From NCBI GenBank assembly GCA_016748015.1, contig JAAOMT010000594.1, positions 244,592 to 308,591 on the forward strand: DNA of 64,000 nt, written 5' to 3'. Source of the DNA: Geosiphon pyriformis uo1. Its lineage: Eukaryota; Fungi; Glomeromycota. Of this stretch, positions 53,901 to 64,000 are shown piece by piece. Position numbers and translations under genes: made by a program. A model generated the notes under the pieces. It searched no databases and was not told the origin of the DNA. It worked only from the letters and a program-made list of their open reading frames with translations. Within the stretch, counting starts at the first letter, position 1. The number at the start of each line of letters is the position of its first letter.

Positions 53901-56110
53901 TCGTGTCTTGAGGAGGTATGATAATAAATTTGTCTTTATCTGTCCTATAATGCTTGTTATTTGCGAAAGTTTCTCACCTCTGTTAAAATACCATTCCATT
54001 CAAGGCTTTCGGGATCAGGAACAAGATCAAAAGGTGTTTGCCCATGGACATTTTTAACATTTGGATCTGCGTCATATTCTTCTACTAAAAGACGAGCGGC
54101 TATATGATCTCCTGAGAAATATAAGGGTTCAGAGTAAATTTAACCAATAGACGACTAATAAACAAAGAAATAGGCCAGTTATTACCTGCGAAAGCTGCCC
54201 ATGCTAAAGGGGTTCCAGCATACCACGTATCTTTTAATTCTACGTTGGCTCCTCGTTCCATCAGTACTTTGATTATTTCGATATCTCCATGATAAGCCGC
54301 ACTGTGTAATGGGCTCCACGTAAAGTCATTTTCAAAAAGATGAACTGGCCATAACAAATTAACATCAAAATGTTCATTCTTCGAAAAAAACTTTTCTATA
54401 GCGCGAGAATTGTTTTTGGCTATCAATTTGAACAGCTTAGCAGCTTCTGGGATTTTAAAGATTTAAATCAAGTTAAATTTAATGAAATTAAAGCTCTGTT
54501 CTGAGCATTCCTCAAGTTTATCCAACCTTCTTTAGTAGACTGAGACTTTCTATTTTCAAAATTAAGCCGAGTGAATCTTCTTTGTTTAATAGGGCTTAAA
54601 TCCTCCTTGAATTCCTCCCGAGGTATGTCAAGTATTTTGGGGTTGCTTGCTTTTTCCAACATAGAGTTTTGTGCTCCTGTGGAAACACGCTTCCCCCTAA
54701 ATGAAATTTTTGAAAAGCTTAGCTCTTTCTTTAAAGATTCTTTTTTCGAAGAAACCACATTTATTGATCTCAAGAGATCTTCTTCTGAGGAAGGAGAGGA
54801 AGAGGTGGAATTATGTTGTACTTCAGAAGTCTTTTTGGACTTAATTGACTGTAGTGGTGAAAAAATAGATTTGGTTGATTCGTTTTGAGATGATGTTTTG
54901 GGTGATATGGCTGCAATGTTTGGTGCAAGCTCTTCAACTACAGAGTTACGCTTCGATCTTGATCCTTGCTTGGATGAGAAATTTGGATGTTTTAAATTTG
55001 ATTCTCGTTGAAGTGACTCCTGCTGAGATCTTAAGTCCCTTTGCGATTTTTTTAGTTCATCAGTATTTAAAGAGGTTTCTTCTTTCGGTAGATGTCTTTT
55101 CAGGCGACCTGTTTCATCATGTACGGGAACTAATAGGCGTTTCGAATCTGATCCTCGTTTTTTGGTGGAAAATTCTTTCGAAGCTAACTCATCGTTACTT
55201 TTGTTAATTGAGTCAATATCTCCTTCATTCGATATTGCTTTTGGATTTACGGGGACAACATGTTTGGATTTGAGGGCTATTTTAGATTTTGAAAGAGTTG
55301 ATACTTTGGTTTTGGGGCGGTCGCTTTTTTGAGAAGAAATCAAGGCAGCAACTTTTTGAACAAGGAGTTTCTATTGGATTGACGACTAATGTAAGCTGTA
55401 GTTTCGAGAGAATTTTGCACATGAGAATAAATTCATACTTGAAGATAAACGGCATCATCATATACGAGTGATCCAGGTAGATTATATTTTTTCGCATTTA
55501 TGAACATTGTATCAAAATCATCCTTGAATTGTTCAATAGTTTTATATTCTCTCTTCTCAACCTTTTGCTAACAAACCAAATTGATTAAATATTTAATGAA
55601 ATTTGAGGGCTCAAAGTTATGATCTTTTCAAGAATTACTCACTTGTATGGTAGCTAATGAGATTGGCTCTTTAATGAGTGCATAATAATCCGGATATTGC
55701 TTTTTCGAAGGAAGCTTTTCAAAAATTTCGGAAATTACACGGCCGCTTTTAAAATTGCAAGTAATTTAACTGTATCTTAATAACATAAGAAAAATGAACA
55801 CGAAGTAAAAAAAATCTATATACTTTTCAGTTTTTTCCTTTCTGATTTCCTGAAGAAAATTCAGAAATTTTGTTTGAACAGTTAAAAGACCCTGCTGAAA
55901 TTTTTCTTTTCCAAGCTGTTCCTCATCCTTTCAGAAAAATAGAAAACGAGAATTTGATTGAAATGTCTTATGTCTTGAATTCTAGCAATAATTCAAAAGT
56001 TTGAGTTACAAGAGTCAAACTCTAATCACCTGAGTTGAATTAAGGCGGGTTTTTTTCCGCCCAATTGAAGATTCATCGTCAAGAGGAGCCTTTCGCCGAA
56101 CAAAAGCCAT
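50955..56110 (-). CDS. Multi-exon RSC1/2-polybromo-like chromatin protein: bromodomain, low-complexity linker, ankyrin repeats, bromodomain, BAH, C-terminal beta-rich domain
   Basis: Bromo 1: LPSKKQYPDYY...MFINAKKYN (55745-55450). ANK: WSPLHSAAYHG...GANVE...TPLAWAA (54320-54020). Bromo 2: LPSKEQYPEYY...FENAMYFN (53540-53225). BAH: GDFVYV...FFRPDQ...EKEVFKT...VFVCES (52930-52270). Some exon edges not resolved. Confidence 0.88.
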
Positions 56111-57004
56111 GTTAGCTCACGAATGCTCCGTTTGTTTTTAAAAGTTTGTTTTCTTCGTCATTGATAAAAATACCATATCAGATATCTTTGATCTGTTATC
56201 AGATAAGAGATGCGACAAGATTTTTGTTTGTAAAAAAATATAATTTTAATGGAAAATAAAAAAAGGTTTAACTATTTAATTATGAATGTAAAAATATCAT
56301 TTATTTATAATACATATACATATACATGTTTAAATAACATATGTAACTAACCACTTGAGCCATTATTATTTACAACTATAAAAATTTTTTAAATGTGTTA
56401 TAATTCCATTAAAGTTATTTTTAACCATAAAAATATTAAATGTTGCATACTATCTTAAAAATTTGTGTAATTGCACTTTTAAGTATTTTAATACAATTCA
56501 AAAAAATTTAATTATTAGTAAAACAGTTAACAATTTTTACAAGTATTGATTTTTTTAATACCAAATTTTATTATAAAAAATACTTTTTTTATACAATTTA
56601 ATTAAAATATTAAAATAATTTAAAAATTAGAAATAAGATTATATAATAAAACCAATTATTTTTAAGTTAAATAAATATAATTTGAAAAATAATAATGAAT
56701 ATTAAGAATATAATATATAAAAAATAAAACAAATAAAAAAACTTATTATTAATTATAAAATTATAATAAAAATTTAACTTAATATAAATTTAATATTTTT
56801 TTAAATTTATAAAAATACTATATATATAATTAAATTATATTAAATTTATATTAATAATATTTTAAAATATTAATTATTATATATATTAAATTAATTAATT
56901 TAGTTTAAACTTATTTAATATATTATTTTTTAAAAACTAATAATTTAAATAATTAAATTAAATTAATTAAATTTAAATATTAATTATAATTAATATTAAT
57001 AAAA

Positions 57005-60000
57005 AACTTTTTGTCTTCTTAATTTTATAACTATAATTAAAGCAAAGAATAAAAAAGTTATGTTTGATATTTTTTTTAAAATATCTAATAAAATTTCAAT
57101 TAAAGAAGTTTTTTCTGTTATAAAAGCAGTTAAACAAAATGTTTTAAAATTTTTTTTTTAAATAATAGTAGTAAAAAATTGCTTTTGGTGATTATTAAAA
57201 CATTTTTTTTATCTTTGGCTGATTTTTTATTAGTTAAAATTTTCTGGTCACAATAAGAACAAAAAAATTATTAAGGAAATAGCTTTTCTTTTATTTTTTT
57301 CCTTTTGTTTTCTTTAGTTATTTTTTCTAATACATCTTTTTTTGTTATAATAGAACTGATAAGCTTTTTTGTTGATGGTTTTGGTTTGGATTTGGCTGGT
57401 TTGAAAATTCACTTAAGTACCAAAAAAAAGTGTGTAAAGAATATATATTCTTGTAGTATATCTTATAAAAAACCAAAGAACTCTAATATAAGTATTAGTG
57501 TGATTAATTTATCTGCTGGTCTTTTAAGTCTTGAAAACATTGATGTTGCTAAAAAAAAGCCTATAGTGTTCTAGAAAAGTGAAATTGGTAGTATTAGTAA
57601 TCTGTTAGATATAATAAACATAAAAAATATGATTGCCAAGAAAACCAACTATGCAAATTCAAATATTTTAATAATTAATGAGAATATAGACAATATTATG
57701 CTGTAAAAAACTTATACTTAAACATATGTATTAAATCAATCATCAAATGCTTCTTCATTTATTAATTTAAGTAATCTTGATAGCTTTAAACAACTCTTAT
57801 TGGTTGAATTACATGTTTCAAAAAAATGGAGTTTTAATTTAACTAAGTCTTTTGTATTGAATATTAAGCTTTTTATAGTATTTGATAAGACTTTTAATAA
57901 TAAATTATTGTGTATAAAAAAATTTTTTTATCATGTAAATGATTTTGGAGGAGTTTTTATTTCCTTGAAATTTTCAGAAATAATTAAATCTTCTTTTATA
58001 TTTGAGTTGAGTTTGAAAAAAGTTAAAGAGATGGCTATTAGTAAAAAAATTTTGGTTAATAATAATATAAAAAAAACAAATAATTGCACAGATCAGGAAG
58101 TAATAGTTAAGAAAATTCCAATAGATCTTCTTAAATTGGCAATAAAATCAGTTTTTTCTAAATTTGGCAAGATTATTCAATTAAAATACAGCTTATTGGT
58201 TTATAGCAAAAGGTTTTAATGGAGTTTAAGTTATTAGTTTGATTGTATTTAAGTAGTCTGTTCTTATGGGAAAAGATTCTGTATATGTAACTTTGGCAGT
58301 TAGTAATAAACAGTTATGGTCTTCAAGAAATTTTTATTATGCTTTGTTGTATATTTTGCCAGTTGATATTATTGTTCATAATCTTTTTAATTTATTAGAG
58401 TCTTATAGTAGAAAAACTTGTTTTATTAACTACAATTCTAATTTATATGTATATGACAAATGTGATATAGTTTGTTTTGTTAATAAGACATCTATGAAAA
58501 CTGCTATTGGTTTTATTCTAGTTTTTAAGAATGTAAATTTGTGTTGAGCTGATTTTTCTTTGGTCTGTTGTATTCAATATAAACAATTTGATTATGTTTT
58601 TAGTGTGTGTTTAATAGACAAAAATTTGTGTAATCACAGTAAACAAATAGTTGACTTTTAAGATCAAATATATTTGGCAAATATATATAGAAAAAAACAG
58701 ATACCAATTGCTTATTCAGTCTTATTTGGTAGAAAAACTTGGGCTCAGATTGCTGGTGATTTTACTTTTTGTGTAATATCTTCAGTTTTTCTTAATACTA
58801 GTCTATCTTTAGATATTAAATCTCTTCCACTAAGTTTTTTAAACCCAAATAATAGGTTTGCTGCTCTTGAATACAATTTTGCCAGTTTTATAAAGTAAGT
58901 TAACAAGCTGTTTAAGAGATTGAATATACTTGGACCAATAATTTCTCAGCCTAATCCTAAATGTAAATCATTGATAACTCTTTTATTACAGAATTAAGAA
59001 GTGAATATAGTAATAACTAAGAGTTTGGATGCAGCCACTAGTAACAAAACTGTTATAGAAGTGGTGTTTACAGATTTATCTATAGTTTCTAAATTGGAAG
59101 ACAGTTTAATAAGTCTTTTGGATATAGTTTTAAGTCTTTTGGCCAAAATAAACAATTTTGTTTTGGATTTAAAGTTTTATTCTTCTCAATATTTAGTCTT
59201 GTTTGAAAGTTTGCTATGTATAATATTAAGAGTATTAATGTTTCTACTAAGCAAAAAGATGTTGTTTATTGGCACATGGATTTAAATAATATGGTTTCTA
59301 TTATTACAAAGATGAAATTAAGGTCTAGTATTAGGCTCTGGATTATAAATATGTTTGATAGGAGGCAAATTTTCACATCTGGTTTGAAAAAAAAATTTTT
59401 TGGAGCTGAGATGATAATTATTATGAATAATTTTCTGACTTGGCATGTTTTTAGAATAAAAAAAGTTTCTGGTATTATCCAAATAGAAAAACCAATCCAA
59501 GTTATAAAAAAACATGATCAAAATATGATAACATAAAATAATACAGAATAATGCAAAAAAACACAGAATAATATGTAATAACTCAAAATAATACAATACA
59601 AAATACAAGAACATAATATAGTACAAAAAAACTAGTCAAACTTAAGATAATTAGTAATAATATAGAAAAATAAAGCAATAACAAAAATAGCAAGCAATAA
59701 TTAGTAATAATAAAATAATTAAAAGCAGTCTTGTAGAACTAAGAAAAATATATAAAAGAAAGTAGTTGTAGAAGATAAAAAGACAGGCAAATAAACAAGA
59801 ATCAATTTTCTTCTATTTATATCTGTTATATATTTTTTGTTATATCTTATATCTTATATTACTAAAATAAAAAAAATATTAACAAATTCATAATCCATAT
59901 CTATATGATTCTTATATTTACATGTTTTAACTAAATTAATTTTATTCTTATCTTAGTTTCCAGCCAGATATACTTAGCATAAAACAATCTTAAACTCTTA

Positions 60001-61186
60001 TAACTTGGACCAATTATTCTTGATTACAATAATTGATAATACTATTTTTTTTCTTTTAATTTTTTTTCTTTTATTTTATTTTATTTTTTTCTTTTGTTTT
60101 TTCTTGTAGAGCAGCAACATAGAAAAATTAACTGTTTAAAAATAAACTTTGTGATAGTTTGATAAAAGAAGAAAGCTTTCCTTAGAATTGAATATTAATA
60201 TTATCTTGTTAGCTTATCAAAAGAATAAAAAGACACTACTAGACTTTAGTGACTACACTTAACTAGCTCAGAGAAAATAGCTCATATACACAAAGTTGTA
60301 ATACTGTAAAATCATTTTTTTGTGTCTTATAACCAAAGAACTTCACAAATAAATTTACATTAATCAAAAAGATCTTCAGACTAATAATATTAACACACTA
60401 AACAAGTCTACTAAAAAAAACCTTCAAAGCTTCTTAGAAACCCAAAATTTGAGCACCAAATATTACTATTACACACTACTTAATTTACTTATAACACTAG
60501 TCATGTTGTTTTTGTACAAACAAATCCCAAGATTTTAATGCATTCAAAATTGAGTTCTTAAGATACTTCAACTTTTTTTAAGAACAAGTTCTTAATTATG
60601 ATTCTTGATTTGTACATTAGTTTTTCTATTGAAATTAGGTTTGGTTTAGCTTTAAAAATCAACTTTTTTATAATTAAAACAATTAATTTTAGTAGTTTTA
60701 TAGTCTTAGATGAGAATTTTAATGAAGATAAATCTAGAAAAAGTGTAAGTTTTAAGTTCTGTTTGGATTTGGGTTTGGTTAATGTATTTGGTAAGCATCT
60801 GTTGATTAAGATCTCTACTTAGAACAATTTAAGGGGTGTTGAAAAGATTATTAATTATATTTTTGTAAATAAAAATTTGTTGTTTGTAGTTGTCAATTAT
60901 AAAGTCAAATTTACATCTAAATTTTTTAATACTGATCACAAGACTGTTTCAGTTTTAATTAATTTGAGCTGTCTTTTGGATGTTTGATTAAATAATATAA
61001 GAAAACAGTTTAACAAAAATTACTAAAAGTTCAGAATAAAAGACACAGATAAAATCAAGTGAACTTATTTTAAAGAGTATACTTCTAATAAAATATTAAC
61101 TTTGGTAAATGTGTTTATGAAAACAAAGATTTCTGGAAATTTAAATTTGATGTAAAAGATATTAAAAAAGATGATAGTGAATTCAG
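57005..61186 (+). mobile_element. Decayed LINE 5' half (ORF1 plus APE region), interrupted by a solo LTR; possibly two abutting 5' ends
   Basis: ORFs 57800, 58266 and 58674 are paralogous to 40531 and 39511. APE start MYNIKSIN...KQKDVVYWH at 59216; DENFNED at ~60710. Confidence 0.82.
59473..60496 (+). mobile_element. Solo LTR (family E)
   Basis: TATTAT...ATAACA termini; TSD CTGG/CTAG; the LINE reading (KKVSG | HVVFV) resumes after it. Confidence 0.75.
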
Positions 61187-62064
61187 TATTATAGGTAATT
61201 ATTTAAGATGTTAAAACAAATAACAAATCTGTAATTTAGTGCTTAATAGCTTGGTAATATTAATAATATCTAAAGATTTTTATGATCTGAAGAATTTGGT
61301 TAAGTCTTTTGTATAATAAACAGAGATTCAATGATTGTTTTAGTACCCTTTCAAAAACTTGTTTTGTGAATTTTTTTCTAAGCTTAATAGCCAGTTTTTC
61401 TTAGTAAGCTATTCTTAAATTCTGAGTTTCTATTCTTGTTTTCTAAGTTTTTTACTAGTACTTCTTAATATTAATAACTCCATGTATTAATTTTTTAATC
61501 AATTAGTAAACAATAAAATAAAATAAAAAAAAATAAAAAAAATAAAAAAAAATAAAAAATTAATATCCTGTTAATAAATATAATTAAGAACTATTGGTCT
61601 AATATGGTTAAGTATTAGGTTTCATTAGAGTATTAATAAAATAAAAATGATTAATATTTCTTAATCAAGTAATAATAACATAAATTTATGTAGTAATTGA
61701 TATTTTATTAATATGTGATTTGGTTTTACTTTAAGTTGTAAAAAACTACTTTTGAAGGAAAAGATATTGGATAATTAATTAATTATTGGTATTAATTCTA
61801 AACTGAATTTTGTTTTTTTTGTTTCTAATACTCTTACTATATATATAATTAATGTTATATAAAATTTTTTATTTTTTTTAATTCTTCTAGCCAAGAATTC
61901 TGGAATTCCTAGAATCTTGTAATTTCTTGAGAAAAATCTTAGAATTTTTGGAATTCTGTGATTTTTTGAAAAGAATTCTAAAATTTCTCTTTTTACTATG
62001 CCTATTTCTAATTGGCTACTTTATATTCTTATTAAAAATTCCTAAATTTTTATGAGTAAAAATA
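61187..62064 (-). mobile_element. Solo LTR, family-B-like, inverted
   Basis: Colinear with 5148-6055; candidate TSD TCAG (61183-61186 / 62065-62068). Confidence 0.8.
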
Positions 62065-62079
62065 TCAGATAAGTTGTAA

Positions 62080-62800
62080 AGAGTTTTATTTATAATATTA
62101 TCAGCACATCTGAATTTCTAACTAACAAATTAATAGTCTTAAACAGACACTTAACAAAATAATATGCATTTTTAGAAACAGATCTGCCTTTAACAACAAA
62201 AAAACTATATAATATTCTAATAGACAATGTAAAATCAAATATAGTGGCAGTTTTAACAAAAAAATTTGCTTATTTATTGTCTATAATTTCAGAATAACTC
62301 TTGATTTTATTTTAATTAACTAACAAATTTTTTAATGCAATAGTTTGATAAATTTATTCTCTTTTTATCTGGCATTTATTATAAAAATTAGGACTAATAT
62401 TTTTTCTAATTAAGACATACATATTCAATAATACTTAACTATTTATAAACAATATCATTAAGCTGGTCATAAAAATACATTCTAAAATAAGAACAATAGC
62501 TTACAGTTTTACTAAAGTTAAAAAAAACAAGCCATATATTTTAATTCTTATACTTATATTAATATCTAAAAAGTAGTCAGCAGTACTACTACAAATATTT
62601 ACAGACTTCAAATTTTTAATTGATCTATCTATATAAACAACTATATTATTAAATCCATTTTTTACAAAACACTTATTAACAAAGCCAAAGTTACACAAAT
62701 GGCCATTAGAAATAAAACAAAAAGCCAAAGCATCATTGTTATTTAAACTGCTATTTTTAATAAATTTTATTAGCAAATTAAATTAATTAGTGACTATTTT
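62080..62800 (-). mobile_element. Decayed LINE RNase H region fragment
   Basis: VYIDRSIKNL...LTLVKL is paralogous to VYMDGSLKNL...FTLMEL at 28970-29416. Confidence 0.7.
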
Positions 62801-63308
62801 TGTTAAAATTATTAAAAAATCAAAAAAATTAAATTTTTAAAAAAACCAAATTAAAAACAATAATAACAAATTATAATTTTTTAAAATACAAAAATTAATA
62901 AATAATAATAAAAAATTATTAAAATTTTAATCAAAAAAATTATAAAAAAAACTTTTTTTTCTGTATATTCAAAAATTTTTAAAAAACATATTTTAACAAA
63001 AAAGTTTTTTCTGTTTTTTCTAATTTACTGGTCTTATTTTTTTTAATATTTTATTAAACATAAATTTTTTATTGTTGTTTTAACAGTTATTATTAGTAAT
63101 ATTATGAACAAAAAAAAATTAATAAGAAATATTATTTTAAATTTTGTTAATAGTAGTTACTACAAAAATTAAAAATGTTTATTGGCAAAATTAAATATTT
63201 AAATAATAAAGCAAACTTGAAATTTAAGTTATTTATACATAATATTAGTTAATTTAAAAACATAAACATAAACTTAAATAATATTAAAAAAAGTTTTTTG
63301 GCTTTTAA

Positions 63309-64000
63309 TTTTTTTTATTTTTATTCATTTAACAAGTAAGATCCAAACACTACTTAGAACTATATATCAAGGAAATAATCTAAACTAAGTGTGAATCATG
63401 CATTTTCTACACATGATCAGCCACTTAAGCCAGTCAGGACAACACTATACACTTATATTGACAGAAACTGGATTACCAATACCTGAAAAAAATGCACAAG
63501 ATTTGCAAAAACCAAAACGAATCCCAAAAACTTTAACAATACCAAGCAATTTAATCACACCAGCCAAGAATTCCAAAGCCAAACCAAAAACCAAGATGGA
63601 GATTGAGCCATTTGCTGGGATCAGGCCATTCTTTTTCATAAATGTGTAATGCTTAGCACAAACTAACCAAATGTCATTCCTAAAAGCAAGACAAATAGAT
63701 TGCACAAAATCAGCAATTTTAACACCAGCAATTTTGGGATCACAGAAGATGGAAATAGTCTCCTGAAGCCATCCATTGAAAACAAAACCCTTGTAGAGAG
63801 CTGAGAAAACTGAAAAGTCCAAAGCACAGGTTGACAGTAGCTGCAATATATCCAAAGAAGAAAAAAAGAGACCAAAAAGTACTTCTCAAGAAGACATACA
63901 AGATTCCAAGACCTGACAATAAGATGAATCATCAACCACACAAAAAAACACATGATCAAACATTTCCACCTCACCACAATACAGACACAGAACACTAGAG
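63309..64000 (-). mobile_element. 3' end of a LINE of the same family as 27880-41519 (runs off the window)
   Basis: Close paralogue of 27880-28570, including the A-rich tail and the ORF2 C-terminus ...GNPVSVNISV*. Confidence 0.92.

Noticed and set aside
60441-60470. GAGCACCAAA-TATTAC as the PBS/LTR junction of a minus-strand element
   Set aside because: Only 36 bp remain before the terminus and TSD, and the B LTR has the same word in U5, so it is read as an internal anti-PBS.

Overview
Eukaryotic, AT-rich fungal DNA. The intron-containing genes and the repeat families look like Glomeromycota/Mucoromycota, possibly Geosiphon-like; this is recall-based inference, not a search result. About 50 kb is nested, mutation-riddled retrotransposon DNA. 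It includes two full-length Ty3/Gypsy LTR elements (A 6609-14287; B 16312-26161) and an internally deleted one (C 32652-38987, minus strand), all with TGTTAC...GTAACA termini and 4-bp TSDs. There are also solo LTRs, older decayed copies and APE-RT-RNaseH LINEs (one full-length at 27880-41519, interrupted by C). A CpG-retaining gene island (~43.3-56.2 kb) holds four intact genes: a 5'-nucleotidase, a PKA catalytic subunit, an intronless 209-aa unknown with a mitochondrial-like leader, and a bromo-ankyrin-bromo-BAH (RSC/polybromo-like) gene. Most notable: all three Gypsy families carry a similar non-env extra ORF between integrase and the PPT. B/C/D carry a large Cys-rich insert plus dUTPase in pol, A has an intact -1 frameshift signal, several LTRs carry anti-PBS sequences, and repeats show RIP-like C>T/G>A decay. 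Two N20 gaps have artefactual flanking duplications.
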